Made by a program: the position numbers and the translations under genes
Part shown: positions 8,173-18,348 of the stretch, piece after piece
Layout: every line of letters begins with the position of its first letter
Position numbering within the stretch: position 1 is the stretch's first letter
NCBI GenBank assembly: GCA_964581935.1
Contig: CAZORN010000003.1
Location: forward strand, 1 to 58,066
Reading direction: 5' to 3'
DNA length: 58,066 bases
Source of the DNA: an uncultured Victivallales bacterium
Lineage (GTDB): Bacteria > Verrucomicrobiota > Lentisphaeria > Victivallales > UBA1829
Notes under the pieces: generated by a model
What the model was told of the DNA's origin: nothing
Database searches by the model: none
What the model saw: the letters and a program-made list of their open reading frames with translations, nothing else

Positions 8173-10287
8173 ATGATGCATGGACGGCAAAAGACTTTAT
8201 CGGTCGTCATTCCGGTCTACAACGAAGAACGCACTGTCCGCGCCCTCCTCGACAAGGTGGCCGGAGCCGCCGTGTCCGTCCCCATGGAGATCATCATCGT
8301 CAACGACGGTTCCACGGACGCGACTCCGTCCCTTTGCGCGGAATGGGTGAAATCTCACGGCTTCGGGCCTCACAAGCCTGTCCTCCTGACCAAACCCAAC
8401 GGCGGAAAAGGGTCTGCTGTCAAGGAAGGCATCCGGGTTTCCACCGGGGATGTCGTCATCATTCAGGACGCCGATCTGGAATACGATCCGAACGACTACG
8501 AGAAGTGCATCCGTCCCATTCTGGACGGCGAATGCAAGGTCGTCTACGGTTCACGAGAAGCGGAAAACCGCAACCGCATCTACTCCGCGCCGTCGTTTTT
8601 CCTCGGGGGTCTGCTCCTGACTTACTGGATCAATCTTCTTTACAACTCCAACCTGACCGACGAACCCACCTGCTACAAGACCTTCGATGGAAATCTGATC
8701 CGTTCCATTCCGATCGAGGGCGACAAGTTTGAATGGGAGCCGGAGATCACCGCCAAGCTGCTCCGGATGGGGTTTGAAATCCGGGAAATCCCCATTTCCT
8801 ATTTTCCGCGGAAAATCACGGAAGGAAAGAAAATCAAGTGGTATGACGGAATCCAGGGACTCTGGATCGCCCTTTACTGGCGGTTTGCCGGACTCGGAAA
8901 GATCCGCAGCCGCACCGCGGCTGTTTCGGAAGAGCTTTCGTCCGTGATCCGGGCAAGGAAACGGTCGGTCTTCTGGCTGCTCGGAATTGTGGCGCTGGCT
9001 TTCATCCTGAGGCTGGGCTTCGCGTGGCCCGGCATCCAGAATCCGGAGCGGATGATGCGTTCCGACAGCGCCCCGTTCCTGTCGGTCGCCGGCAGGGGAT
9101 TCATGCAGGAAACGCCTTCGTTTTACCGTCTGTATCCTTCTTCCCAAAAACAATGGAAGCCGGACACTCCCGCTTACCGGGTCGTGTATGGAAATGAAAC
9201 CCGCGCGCCGCTGTATCCTTTGTGGCTCTCATTCCTTTTCGGAGTGAGCGGAAAGAGCCTTGTCCTGGCCGTTGTCGCGGGGTGCCTGCTGGGGGCGCTG
9301 GCCTGTGTTCCGGTGTTCCTTTCCGGAAAACTGTTCGGTTCGGACAAGGCGGGCGTGATCGCCTCGCTGCTGCTGGCGCTGAATCCGACGGCGGTCGCAT
9401 TCAGCCCGCTGTTCCTTCCGGACACCCTGTTTCTTCTGATCGTGTCCCTTCAGGTGTATTTCTTCCTGCGCTTCATCAAAAATGCCTTCGGAATGAATCT
9501 CATCACCTCGATCACGCTGGCCGCGTTCGCCGCTCTGATCCGCCCGGCGAATGCATTATGGGTGATCCCGTGCGTCGTCGTCATCCTTTTCTTCCGGAGA
9601 CTGCCCTGGCGGCTGAAGGTCAGTTACGGTCTGGTTTCTCTGGTGATTTTCGGGCTGGTGCTTTTCCCGTGGATTCTGGGAAGCAAACGGGCTTGCATCG
9701 GCTGGCGGATCGACACCATCAGTTCAGAGTCCCTGATGAAGAACGCGGCGGCGCTCCGTGCGGAACTCTCCGGGATCGATCCCTCCGTCGCGGCGCTGGA
9801 ACTCCGGGCGGAGATGTTCCGCCGCTATCAGGCGGAGCCGGAGCGGTTCTCCACGCTGGAAGACCAGCTGGCTTTCCGCGACAGGGAAATGATCCGGATC
9901 ATCCTCGACCATCCGTTCCGTTACGCGATGCTCCATCTGAATCCGAAGATCCTTTCGCAGGATCTGTCGGGTCTGATTCACAATCTGTCCCTGAAGCAGG
10001 CGCCTCCCCGGGGGGCGGTCTTCCTGCTGATTTCTGCGACGGCGGTCCTCTACATGTTCTACGCACTCGGAATCGGCTGGTATTTCCTAGCCGCCGTCGA
10101 CCGCCGGAGCTGGATGATGATTCTGCTCTTTCTGCTTCTCAGCGGATACTATCTGCTGATGCCCGGCCCGATCGCCATTCCCCGGTACCAGCTGCCCGCC
10201 CTGCCGTTCCTCTGTCTGGCGGCCGGATACGGAATCGTCTATTTCAGGACGATTCTCCGGAAGCGGAGACTCCCGGAGGGATTCTGA
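8173..10287 (+). CDS. Family-2 glycosyltransferase fused to a polytopic ArnT/PMT-like membrane domain
   Basis: The N-terminus LSVVIPVYNEERTV...IIVNDGSTD...IIQDADLEYDP is a GT2 / polyprenyl-phosphate glycosyltransferase-like domain. The C-terminal ~450 aa has many hydrophobic helices resembling GT39/GT83-type transferases. The start is 15 nt after the cls stop. Confidence 0.85.
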   Translation: MMHGRQKTLSVVIPVYNEERTVRALLDKVAGAAVSVPMEIIIVNDGSTDATPSLCAEWVKSHGFGPHKPVLLTKPNGGKGSAVKEGIRVSTGDVVIIQDADLEYDPNDYEKCIRPILDGECKVVYGSREAENRNRIYSAPSFFLGGLLLTYWINLLYNSNLTDEPTCYKTFDGNLIRSIPIEGDKFEWEPEITAKLLRMGFEIREIPISYFPRKITEGKKIKWYDGIQGLWIALYWRFAGLGKIRSRTAAVSEELSSVIRARKRSVFWLLGIVALAFILRLGFAWPGIQNPERMMRSDSAPFLSVAGRGFMQETPSFYRLYPSSQKQWKPDTPAYRVVYGNETRAPLYPLWLSFLFGVSGKSLVLAVVAGCLLGALACVPVFLSGKLFGSDKAGVIASLLLALNPTAVAFSPLFLPDTLFLLIVSLQVYFFLRFIKNAFGMNLITSITLAAFAALIRPANALWVIPCVVVILFFRRLPWRLKVSYGLVSLVIFGLVLFPWILGSKRACIGWRIDTISSESLMKNAAALRAELSGIDPSVAALELRAEMFRRYQAEPERFSTLEDQLAFRDREMIRIILDHPFRYAMLHLNPKILSQDLSGLIHNLSLKQAPPRGAVFLLISATAVLYMFYALGIGWYFLAAVDRRSWMMILLFLLLSGYYLLMPGPIAIPRYQLPALPFLCLAAGYGIVYFRTILRKRRLPEGF

Positions 10288-10294
10288 TAAAAAC

Positions 10295-11092
10295 TCATTG
10301 ATCCGTCACTTCTTTCAGGAGGAGGAAGAATTCCTCCGCCGCATATTTTTCCTTCCAGGGGGAATGCCCGCAGCGGTCCAGAATATGGCTCCGGAAAGGG
10401 ACTCCGATTTCTTCCAGCGGGCGTGTGACGCCCTCGGCGGGATGAGCGTCATGGTCGCCGTGGATGGCGGTGATAGGACATTGAATCCGGCGGAAACAAT
10501 CCAGAAGCCTGCCGGACCGCCGCCACTCCGCGGCTTCGTTCCAGATGCGCGCGAACAGCTCACTGTCCGGTGTGCATGAAGGGACATCCGTTTCCGGCAA
10601 TGCACAGTAATTGTCGGATTTTTCACAAAGAGCGCCGAGACGGCGGAGGAGTTCTTCCTTTTCATCGGGAGAAGGATGTTTCAGTTTTTCCACAAGTTCT
10701 TTGAATAGAGAAACTTCCGATTCTGTAAAGTGGGAGCTTCTCCGTTTTTCCAGTTCCGGGACATATTCCGGTTTCAAGGGACCGCTTCCGATCAAAATGA
10801 GATGGCTGACTCTTTCCGGATACTCTGCGGCGAAGATCGCCGCCAGCCATGCTCCCCACGAATGTCCTGCAACCACAACGGGTTCCGATGAAAATGCGAG
10901 GAGCTGTTCCCGGAGTTCCTCCGTGAGTCCGGCGATCGAATAGCGGGTCTGGAACGGTTCCATCACGCCGCAGAATTCGCTCCATTTTTCCGCCGGAGCA
11001 AAGACGGAGCCGGGTGCGCCGGGGCCTCCGTGGAGGAGAGCCGCCCGGAAAGGGGGACTCCCGTGAAGTCTCACCGATTCTTTCATGAACAT
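10295..11092 (-). CDS. Alpha/beta-fold hydrolase
   Basis: LLHGGPGAPG oxyanion region and the GHSWGAW nucleophile elbow (G-x-S-x-G). I trimmed the start from the track's 11188, which lies in an AT-rich tract, to the internal ATG at 11092 (MFMKESVRLHG). The start remains uncertain. Confidence 0.8.
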   Translation of the reverse strand: MFMKESVRLHGSPPFRAALLHGGPGAPGSVFAPAEKWSEFCGVMEPFQTRYSIAGLTEELREQLLAFSSEPVVVAGHSWGAWLAAIFAAEYPERVSHLILIGSGPLKPEYVPELEKRRSSHFTESEVSLFKELVEKLKHPSPDEKEELLRRLGALCEKSDNYCALPETDVPSCTPDSELFARIWNEAAEWRRSGRLLDCFRRIQCPITAIHGDHDAHPAEGVTRPLEEIGVPFRSHILDRCGHSPWKEKYAAEEFFLLLKEVTDQ

Positions 11093-11275
11093 TTTCAATC
11101 CGGCCTTGTCTAATATATTTTTAGATGGCAAATATATCGTGGATGGCGGAATTTTCAAGATTTTTACTAAAATAAAGTTTTTTTTCATTTTTCTGAAAAA
11201 AAATAGTTTTCTTTATATGTTTTATGTTTTTTTTGCGTTATATTGACAACAGAATTCATAAGGAAGGGTACTATT

Positions 11276-11446
11276 ATGGAATTCACACCTCTGTTTGCCT
11301 ACATTGACGCCGGCACCGGAAGTATGGTGCTCCAGACGCTGGCCGCAGGCATTTTTGCCGCAGCCGTTTTTTTCCGCCAGATCCGGAATTGGGTGATGGT
11401 GCAGATCCGCCCCAACAGAAAAGACAGCGAAAAACATGATGTCTGA
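11276..11446 (+). CDS. Small (56 aa) single-TM membrane protein
   Basis: The ATG at 11276 is preceded by AAGGAAGGG. The product is MEFTPLFAYIDAGTGSMVLQTLAAGIFAAAVFFRQIRNW..., one hydrophobic helix plus a basic tail. Its 3' end overlaps the next gene by 11 nt, which suggests coupling. Small-ORF calls are inherently uncertain. Confidence 0.45.
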   Translation: MEFTPLFAYIDAGTGSMVLQTLAAGIFAAAVFFRQIRNWVMVQIRPNRKDSEKHDV

Positions 11447-12797
11447 ACTTTCCCTCCCGGCCTCTTTCCGGGATCCTTCCGGACAGGTGTTCCGGCGGAA
11501 TGGAAAAGTATTCAGGACGGTGACGCCGAAGGGGTATGAGGATTATCGCCTCTTTGTCGATACGGGACTGGCGCGGGAGCTGACGGACTCCGGAATGGTC
11601 GTGAATTTCACGGAGGCGGACCCCCTGGACGATCTCACCGTTCTGGCTCTGGAGGAGCTTCCTTTCATCAGCTATCCTTATGAATGGTGTTTTTCCCAGC
11701 TCAGGGATGCCGCGCTCCTGACGCTGGACCTGAACCTGAAACTGCTCGGAAAGGGAATGGTCCTGAAGGATGCCAGCGCATTTAACGTCTCGTGGCGCAA
11801 CGGATTCCCGATTTTCATGGACCACGGATCTTTCACCCGTTACGAGGAAGGAAGGCCGTGGCAGGCTTACCGGCAGTTCGTCATGCACTTTCTGGGACCG
11901 CTTCTCCTGATGAAGGAGAGGGATGTGCGGTTCCTTTCTTTTTTCAGGAATCAGCTGGATGGGATTCCGATCGATTTCGTTTCCGCGAATCTTCCCCGGA
12001 CCAGCTGGCTGAAACCGTCGCCCCTGATCCATATCCATCTCCACGCGCGTTTTCAGGATCATTATTCCGACAGCCGCGCCGGGAAGAAAACTACCGCTTC
12101 GATGTCCCTGAAAAATCTGAAAGATCTGCTGAAATGTCTTCGGAACGATGTGGAAAGCCTGACGCTTCCGCGCCGGAAAACGGAGTGGGGTGACTACTAC
12201 GCCGATACCAATTACACGTCCGAAGCCTTTTCCTTTAAACGGGAAACGGTGGAGCGTTTCTGCCGGGAGGCAGGTCCTTCGCGTACGGTTGATTACGGCG
12301 CCAATACCGGAGAATTTTCACGGATCGCCTCCGGTTGTTCCGGGGATGTGATCGCGGCGGACGTCGATCCCATTGCGGTGGAAACGCTGTACCGGTGTGT
12401 CCGGCGGACCTCCGAACCGGTGTATCCGGTCCTTCAGGACCTGAACAATCCCTCGCCCGGTCTCGGACTTTTCAATGAAGAACGCAGTTCCTTCTTTTCC
12501 CGGGTTCACGGCGACCTTGTTCTCGGGCTGGCACTTCTGCATCATCTGCGGATCGGCGCCAACTGGACTTTCCCCCAGATCGTCCGACTGTTTTCCGAGA
12601 CCGCTCCCTGTGCGGCGGTCGAGTTCGTCCCGAAGGAAGATTCTCAGGTGCAGCGTCTGCTGCGGTCCCGTCCGGACATCTGTTCCGACTGGACTCTGGA
12701 AAACGCCTGCGCCGAGTTCCGCCATGCGTACGCATATTGTGAAACCGTGCCGGTTCCGGATTCAAAACGAACGCTTCTTCTGTTGCGCAGAGGTTGA
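11436..12797 (+). CDS. Kinase-like N-terminal domain fused to a class I SAM-dependent methyltransferase
   Basis: The N-terminal half has ASFRDPSG and MVLKDASAFNVSW...PIFMDHGSF, a D-x4-N / D pattern reminiscent of a kinase-like catalytic loop. The C-terminal half has VDYGANTGEF (methyltransferase motif I) and LALLHHL. Confidence 0.8.
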   Translation: MMSELSLPASFRDPSGQVFRRNGKVFRTVTPKGYEDYRLFVDTGLARELTDSGMVVNFTEADPLDDLTVLALEELPFISYPYEWCFSQLRDAALLTLDLNLKLLGKGMVLKDASAFNVSWRNGFPIFMDHGSFTRYEEGRPWQAYRQFVMHFLGPLLLMKERDVRFLSFFRNQLDGIPIDFVSANLPRTSWLKPSPLIHIHLHARFQDHYSDSRAGKKTTASMSLKNLKDLLKCLRNDVESLTLPRRKTEWGDYYADTNYTSEAFSFKRETVERFCREAGPSRTVDYGANTGEFSRIASGCSGDVIAADVDPIAVETLYRCVRRTSEPVYPVLQDLNNPSPGLGLFNEERSSFFSRVHGDLVLGLALLHHLRIGANWTFPQIVRLFSETAPCAAVEFVPKEDSQVQRLLRSRPDICSDWTLENACAEFRHAYAYCETVPVPDSKRTLLLLRRG

Positions 12798-12799
12798 AT

Positions 12800-15196
12800 A
12801 TGAAAGAGACAAAAACTTCCGGAGGTCCGTTCAAGGATCACTTTTACTGTGCGCTTTTTGCCTCTCTCTCCGTATCTGTTTCCCTGATGCTTTCCGGGCT
12901 GACCCTGTATGGCAAGAACAGCGGAGAGTTCACTTTCCGTTTCACCGCGATTGCACTGCTGGTTTTTCTCGGAACCCTGATCGTGACGTCTTTCCTTATG
13001 CTGCCACAGCTTCTTCTGAGGAAGTGGAAGTATTTCTCTCTCCTGAATTCGCTGATCCTGGCGCTGGGGTATGCCGTCTGGCTCCAGAATTCCTATTGGT
13101 CGGAGATTTTTCCGGATTATGTGCCCAGCATTACCGAGCTCGATTTCACGATCGCGTTTCTCTGGGGGCTCAACCTGATTCTCTGTCTGGTTCCCTTTGT
13201 TGCGGGCGTGCTGTTCCACCGGTGGTGCAACGCCCACAGCGGGAAACTCTGTGCGATTATCCTGATCGCGCAGCTGATTCCGCTCTTTTTTCTGCTTCTC
13301 CACTATTCTACTCCGAAATACGACTTTTACGATTATTCGATTCAGGAGAATGACAAATTCAAGTTTGCGACCCGCGACAACGTTGTGATCGTCGTCGTGG
13401 ATTGCATGAGCGAGTATCTGCTCAAGAAGCTTATGAAGAAGTCTCCGGAGATCGGGGAGATGTTCCGGGACTTCACCTGTTTCGACGGGATTGTCAGCGG
13501 AACCATTCCGCAGACGGTTTACGCGGTTCCCGCCCTTCTGACGGGAATGGAATACACCACTCAGGAAGATACTCCGTGGAAAGGAGATCACAGCGAATTC
13601 ATCAGGCAGGCCTATCTGTCGGAAAAGTCGCTCTTCCGGAATTTCAAGGCGGCCGGATACCGCTGCGAAGGGTATCCTTTTGCGTTGCAGGCCATCAGCT
13701 ACAGCAAAGAGCTTCTGGACAATGTGGTGGTGCGTACATCCCATACCCAGTCTTTGCGGACATTTTTCGAGATTTTATCCATGAAGCTGGTTCCTTTTTT
13801 CGTGAAGGCCGCGCTGGAGGATTCCGGTCTGTCCCTGAAACAGATTTTCGTCGAACCCGTGGATGAAGTGGTCATATCAAGCGGAGACATGCCGCATGAC
13901 ATCGTATTCTACAGGCGTCTTGCCTCGGAGATGAGTCTGGGAACGTATGAGAAGGGGTTCAAGTATCTCCATCTTCAGGGAGCGCACGGACCGCTCAAGA
14001 TCAACGAGAAGCTCGAACCCGCGCTGGACACCAACGTGGAACGGCAGCTGAAAGGTTCCCTGCGGAATGTGGAATTGCTCCTGAAGAACATGAAAAAACT
14101 GGGGATCTACGAAGATGCGCTCATCGTGGTGACCGGAGACCATACGGAACGGTACACGCCGGAGATGATCACTCTGGTCAAACGTCCCGGAGAAAAACAT
14201 CCGGAGATGCTTTTCAATTCCGTGTCGTGCCGCCTTTCCGATCTTCCCGCGGCGATCCTTGCGGAAAAAGGAATCCGGGAAAATCCGAATACCCTCTTTG
14301 CGCGGCCCGCCGTGAAAGGGTCCGGCGGTTCCATCCGGTCACACGCTCTGCCCGAGACGGTTTACTCCGATCACTGGCGGCAGACCGGGATTTCGCCATA
14401 TCCTGATTCGGTCGTCCATTTCATGCTCTCTCCCACGAGTCTGGAGAATGACCAGCTTTCCTCTCCCCGCTCGGACATCGACAACAACCAGCTGCTGCGC
14501 GTCTGGTTCCGGGCAATCGATCTGAACAACGGCAAGACATGGGAGACCGAACCGGGGACTGTTGTGAAAAGGTCGCGTCCGCCTGATCTGTATCAGACAC
14601 ATTTGAAAGGGCTTCCTGACGGAGAATATGCTTTTTTCATCGTCGAGGAAGTCGCCGTCCTGTTGGAGAATTACAATGATTCCGGAGCAATGAATATAGA
14701 GCGCAGGGAAATGGCCCTGCCTTATTTCTACATGATTGCGGGGGGGCATTTCGACCGGATGAAGATTTCTCCCAGAACGGTTCCCCGTCCGATGCGGATG
14801 GGAGAACGGATCCAGTTCCATCCTTTCAATCTATACCCGCCGCTGAGCTTTTCGGATGACTGCATGCCCGGCAAGGACTGCCTCTCCATGAGGAGCTCGG
14901 ATACCGTATCGGTTCAGCTGCCTCCCGGAACTTTGCCGCTTTTCCTCAGCCTCACCGTTCATTGCGTGGTCATGGAAAAATCCACATTCCAGGTCTATGA
15001 CGGCGATACGCTGATCCATAGCGCGAAAGTGGGTTCAGGGCTGTCCGTCAGCGTGGATTTCCGGATTCCGGAAGCTTCCCGCAAGAGGAAAGAATTGAAG
15101 CTGTCCTTCAAACTGGTCCCGCAATATATGGAGCCCGGAAAGAGAGTCATTTCCGTCTTCCACCTGGCCGAGATCGGGCTGAAGAAGGCTCCCTGA
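12800..15196 (+). CDS. Membrane-anchored sulfatase-fold transferase (LTA synthase / phospho-alcohol transferase family)
   Basis: About 5 N-terminal TM helices, then a sulfatase-type domain (VVIVVVDCMSEYL, LHLQGAHGP, VVTGDHTE), then a ~300-aa C-terminal extension. I prefer the ATG at 12800 (AGAGG 7 nt upstream) to the track's TTG at 12794. The upstream gene's stop at 12795-12797 is immediately adjacent. Confidence 0.8.
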   Translation: MKETKTSGGPFKDHFYCALFASLSVSVSLMLSGLTLYGKNSGEFTFRFTAIALLVFLGTLIVTSFLMLPQLLLRKWKYFSLLNSLILALGYAVWLQNSYWSEIFPDYVPSITELDFTIAFLWGLNLILCLVPFVAGVLFHRWCNAHSGKLCAIILIAQLIPLFFLLLHYSTPKYDFYDYSIQENDKFKFATRDNVVIVVVDCMSEYLLKKLMKKSPEIGEMFRDFTCFDGIVSGTIPQTVYAVPALLTGMEYTTQEDTPWKGDHSEFIRQAYLSEKSLFRNFKAAGYRCEGYPFALQAISYSKELLDNVVVRTSHTQSLRTFFEILSMKLVPFFVKAALEDSGLSLKQIFVEPVDEVVISSGDMPHDIVFYRRLASEMSLGTYEKGFKYLHLQGAHGPLKINEKLEPALDTNVERQLKGSLRNVELLLKNMKKLGIYEDALIVVTGDHTERYTPEMITLVKRPGEKHPEMLFNSVSCRLSDLPAAILAEKGIRENPNTLFARPAVKGSGGSIRSHALPETVYSDHWRQTGISPYPDSVVHFMLSPTSLENDQLSSPRSDIDNNQLLRVWFRAIDLNNGKTWETEPGTVVKRSRPPDLYQTHLKGLPDGEYAFFIVEEVAVLLENYNDSGAMNIERREMALPYFYMIAGGHFDRMKISPRTVPRPMRMGERIQFHPFNLYPPLSFSDDCMPGKDCLSMRSSDTVSVQLPPGTLPLFLSLTVHCVVMEKSTFQVYDGDTLIHSAKVGSGLSVSVDFRIPEASRKRKELKLSFKLVPQYMEPGKRVISVFHLAEIGLKKAP

Positions 15197-15213
15197 CCTG
15201 TAGCCGGATCCGA

Positions 15214-16137
15214 TCAGACCTCGAAAAGCCAGCTGGAGAGATAGCGTTCTCCGGAGTCCGGCAGAAGCACGACGATGCGCTTCCCTTTGTAGGCCGGCTG
15301 CTGACTGAGCTGGAGTGCCGCGAAGAGAGCCGCTCCGGAAGAGATTCCGATGAGAAGTCCCTCGTGACGCGCCGCCTGACGCGCGGTTTCGCCCGCGTCC
15401 TCTGCTTTGACCTTGACAATCCTGTCGAGAAGAATCATGTTCATGATTTTCGGGATGAAGCCGGCTCCGATGCCCTGGAGTTTGTGGGGACCGGGAGGTT
15501 CCCCGGACAGGACGGCGGAATCGGACGGTTCGACCGCGACGATTTCCACGTCAGGATTGCGTTTTTTGAGGACTTCGCCGACGCCGGTGATGGTGCCTCC
15601 CGTTCCGACCCCGGCGACGAAAACGTCGACCTTGCCGTCGGTATCACGCCAGATTTCTTCGGCGGTGGTGGCCCTGTGGCAGGCGGGATTGGACGGGTTT
15701 TCAAACTGCTGCGGCATGAACGATCCGGGATTTTTCTTCACGATTTCTTCGGCTTTGGCGATGGCGCCTTTCATGCCGAGCGCGCCTTCGGTCAGGACCA
15801 GCTGCGCCCCGTAGGCCGACAGCAGTTTCCGGCGTTCGATGCTCATGGTGTCCGGCATGGTAAGAATCAGTTTGTATCCCTTCACCGCGGCCGCAAGGGC
15901 GAGTCCGATTCCGGTATTCCCGCTGGTGGGTTCCACGATCAGCGCGCCCGGTTTGAGGATTCCGCGCTTTTCGGCGTCCTCGATCATGGCGACTCCCACG
16001 CGGTCCTTGACGCTGCCGCCCGGATTGAAATATTCGACTTTGGCGAGGATTTCGGCCTTGCCTCTGTTGAGCTTGCCGATCTTCACCAGAGGGGTGTTGC
16101 CGATTTTTTCCAGAATGTTTTCCGCGATGTCAGCCAT
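15214..16137 (-). CDS. cysK: Cysteine synthase A (O-acetylserine sulfhydrylase)
   Basis: Full-length match to the CysK pattern: [19 protein letters not shown] (PLP lysine), [10 protein letters not shown] and [10 protein letters not shown]. Confidence 0.93.
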   Translation of the reverse strand: MADIAENILEKIGNTPLVKIGKLNRGKAEILAKVEYFNPGGSVKDRVGVAMIEDAEKRGILKPGALIVEPTSGNTGIGLALAAAVKGYKLILTMPDTMSIERRKLLSAYGAQLVLTEGALGMKGAIAKAEEIVKKNPGSFMPQQFENPSNPACHRATTAEEIWRDTDGKVDVFVAGVGTGGTITGVGEVLKKRNPDVEIVAVEPSDSAVLSGEPPGPHKLQGIGAGFIPKIMNMILLDRIVKVKAEDAGETARQAARHEGLLIGISSGAALFAALQLSQQPAYKGKRIVVLLPDSGERYLSSWLFEV

Positions 16138-16272
16138 GTCCAGCTCTCCCTGTATGTCAGATGAATATAAGAATGATGTCCATTCCGTACAATACCCGGT
16201 TTTCTCCGAAAGGAAAGCCGCATTCTTTGATTTTTGCGCTTTTCTTCGGGGAGGGGGCTTCCGGTGGAAATT

Positions 16273-17973
16273 TCATAAATCGGCTTCGATGTTCAATATC
16301 AGAATCTGTCCGTTCCGGTGCCAGCGGACCGTGTCGAAACGATTTTTCAGCATGAGAAACGCCAGTTCCACTTCATCAGGGGTGTCGCTTTTCTTGAGCC
16401 GCACCTCCGGCACGCATGGATGATTCGCCGTGATTTTGACTTTAATCTGCATCCGGTCATAGGAGACGTCCACGGTGATTTCATTATCCACCCCGTTGAC
16501 GAAAAGGCTTTCGCAGACGGCGTCAAGGCCGAAGGTCAGGCTCTGGCAGAGGCTTTTGGAAACGCACCATTCCTGGCAGATTTCCTTGACCTTTCCGTCC
16601 ATGAGCGGAATCGAGGCCGCGTCGGTGGCGGTGGTAAAGCGGATGCGGCGGCGTGTGCCGAGGCTGGTCAGAACGGTCATCAGGAGCAGGGTCAGCGTGC
16701 CCATCACGATCGGGGAAAGGAGAGTCACCGCCGCCTGTTTCGGGATGAACGTCCACAATCCGGGCATCATCGCGGAAACGGAAAAAATGATGGAAATGAA
16801 GATGACGAAAATCCGCCTGTCATCCAGTTCCACCGCGGACAGCGTTGAAAATCCGCCTGCCATGATATAGGCGATGCTGAAAATCAATACCGCGCCCAGC
16901 ACCGGTTCGGGAATCAGCATCAGCGCACCCATCGCCCGGGGGAAGAACGCCAGAGCGATCAGGATGCCGCTCGCAATATAGCCGACGATCCGGCTGGTGA
17001 CGCCCGTCGCTCCCGCGATGCCGAGGTTGGTGGTCGCGGTCGACTGGATCACGCCGCCCGCCAGTCCGGCGATCAGCGAACCGAGCCCGGAGGCGCGGAT
17101 TCCGTTTTCGATGCGGCGCCAGTCCGGACGCTTGAACTTCGGGTCGCTGATCTTCTGCGCCGCGGTGTAGTCCCCGATGTTGTCGACGATCGCCGCGATG
17201 GTGACGATCGCGAACGGCAGCGCGACGCGCCAGTCGAAGGCGAACGAGAACTTTTCAGGATACGGAATGCGGAAGAAAGGAGTCTCCGCGAGTTCCGAGA
17301 AAGCTTTCAGGTCCAGGATACCGACCATCCAGGAGAGGAGAAATCCGCCGGTGATGCCGAACAGCGCCGCGTAGCATTTGAGCTTTCGGCTGAAAACCGT
17401 GCATGAAAACATGATGAGGAGAGAACAGACGCCCACAAACAGATGAAGCGTCGAGAATTCTCCTGTTTTCGCATAATATCCTGCGCCGAGGAAATACTTG
17501 AGCCCCGTCGGGATGATGCTGATTCCCAGAATGAAGATCATGCATCCCGTGACTTCCGGGGGGAAGAGTTTGCGGAAATAATACGTGAACGAGCCGAGGA
17601 TTCCTTTGAAAAATCCGGAAAGCAGGGTCATCCCGCAGACCAGCGGCATTCCTCCCAGCTGTGCGGCGGCGGTGCATGCCGAGAGCGCCGCGGAGTCGGA
17701 GACGGAAAGGTCCATGCAGCCGTTGCCGAGATAGCGGGAGGGCAAGGTCTGAAGAATTCCTGTGATGCCGATGGAAAGGAGCGCGAGCGAAAGGAAAATG
17801 CCCGATTCTCCCGGCGACAGGTTTGCCGTATGCGCGATGGTGACCGGCAGGGCCAGCCCCAGCGACAGCACCAGCAGCATGTGCTGGATGGAGGAAAAAA
17901 TCGTCAGTGCGGGAGGCGGAACGTCCGCCGGACCATAAAAAGCCTCTTTGCTTTTTGCCGTTTTTTCCTTCAT
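16273..17973 (-). CDS. NCS2 (nucleobase:cation symporter-2 / xanthine-uracil permease) family transporter with a C-terminal soluble extension
   Basis: SIQHMLLVLS (the QH motif of TM1) and VDNIGDYTAAQ (TM8-type motif), with about 13-14 hydrophobic segments. The last ~125 aa are non-membrane. Confidence 0.85.
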   Translation of the reverse strand: MKEKTAKSKEAFYGPADVPPPALTIFSSIQHMLLVLSLGLALPVTIAHTANLSPGESGIFLSLALLSIGITGILQTLPSRYLGNGCMDLSVSDSAALSACTAAAQLGGMPLVCGMTLLSGFFKGILGSFTYYFRKLFPPEVTGCMIFILGISIIPTGLKYFLGAGYYAKTGEFSTLHLFVGVCSLLIMFSCTVFSRKLKCYAALFGITGGFLLSWMVGILDLKAFSELAETPFFRIPYPEKFSFAFDWRVALPFAIVTIAAIVDNIGDYTAAQKISDPKFKRPDWRRIENGIRASGLGSLIAGLAGGVIQSTATTNLGIAGATGVTSRIVGYIASGILIALAFFPRAMGALMLIPEPVLGAVLIFSIAYIMAGGFSTLSAVELDDRRIFVIFISIIFSVSAMMPGLWTFIPKQAAVTLLSPIVMGTLTLLLMTVLTSLGTRRRIRFTTATDAASIPLMDGKVKEICQEWCVSKSLCQSLTFGLDAVCESLFVNGVDNEITVDVSYDRMQIKVKITANHPCVPEVRLKKSDTPDEVELAFLMLKNRFDTVRWHRNGQILILNIEADL

Positions 17974-18348
17974 TGCCGCTCCCTTGAGGTTTCTTCAAAC
18001 ATTTCACGATTCGCGGATGGAAAATTGCCGTTTTTACTGTAGCATACTTACGAATCTTTTTCCAGACGCCGGAAGAAAAACCGAGCGGATTCATCACGAA
18101 AGTGAAGGAATTTTTATGGCTTTCGAAACCGGTTTGACTGTTCTGTTTCGGCAAAGCTCCTGCGGTTTGAGAGATCACAGAGAAGCGCCGTCCGAGGCGA
18201 GACGTTCAAGGTCTTTACGAAGGAAAAATCAATGGAAAATCGAGAATCGGCATTTCAAAAATCAACCAAGCCGGACTCAAACATGGAATTAAAAACGGCT
18301 TTCCCGGAACAACAGGAGCCGACACTGAAATTTTTTCAGAAATTTTAT

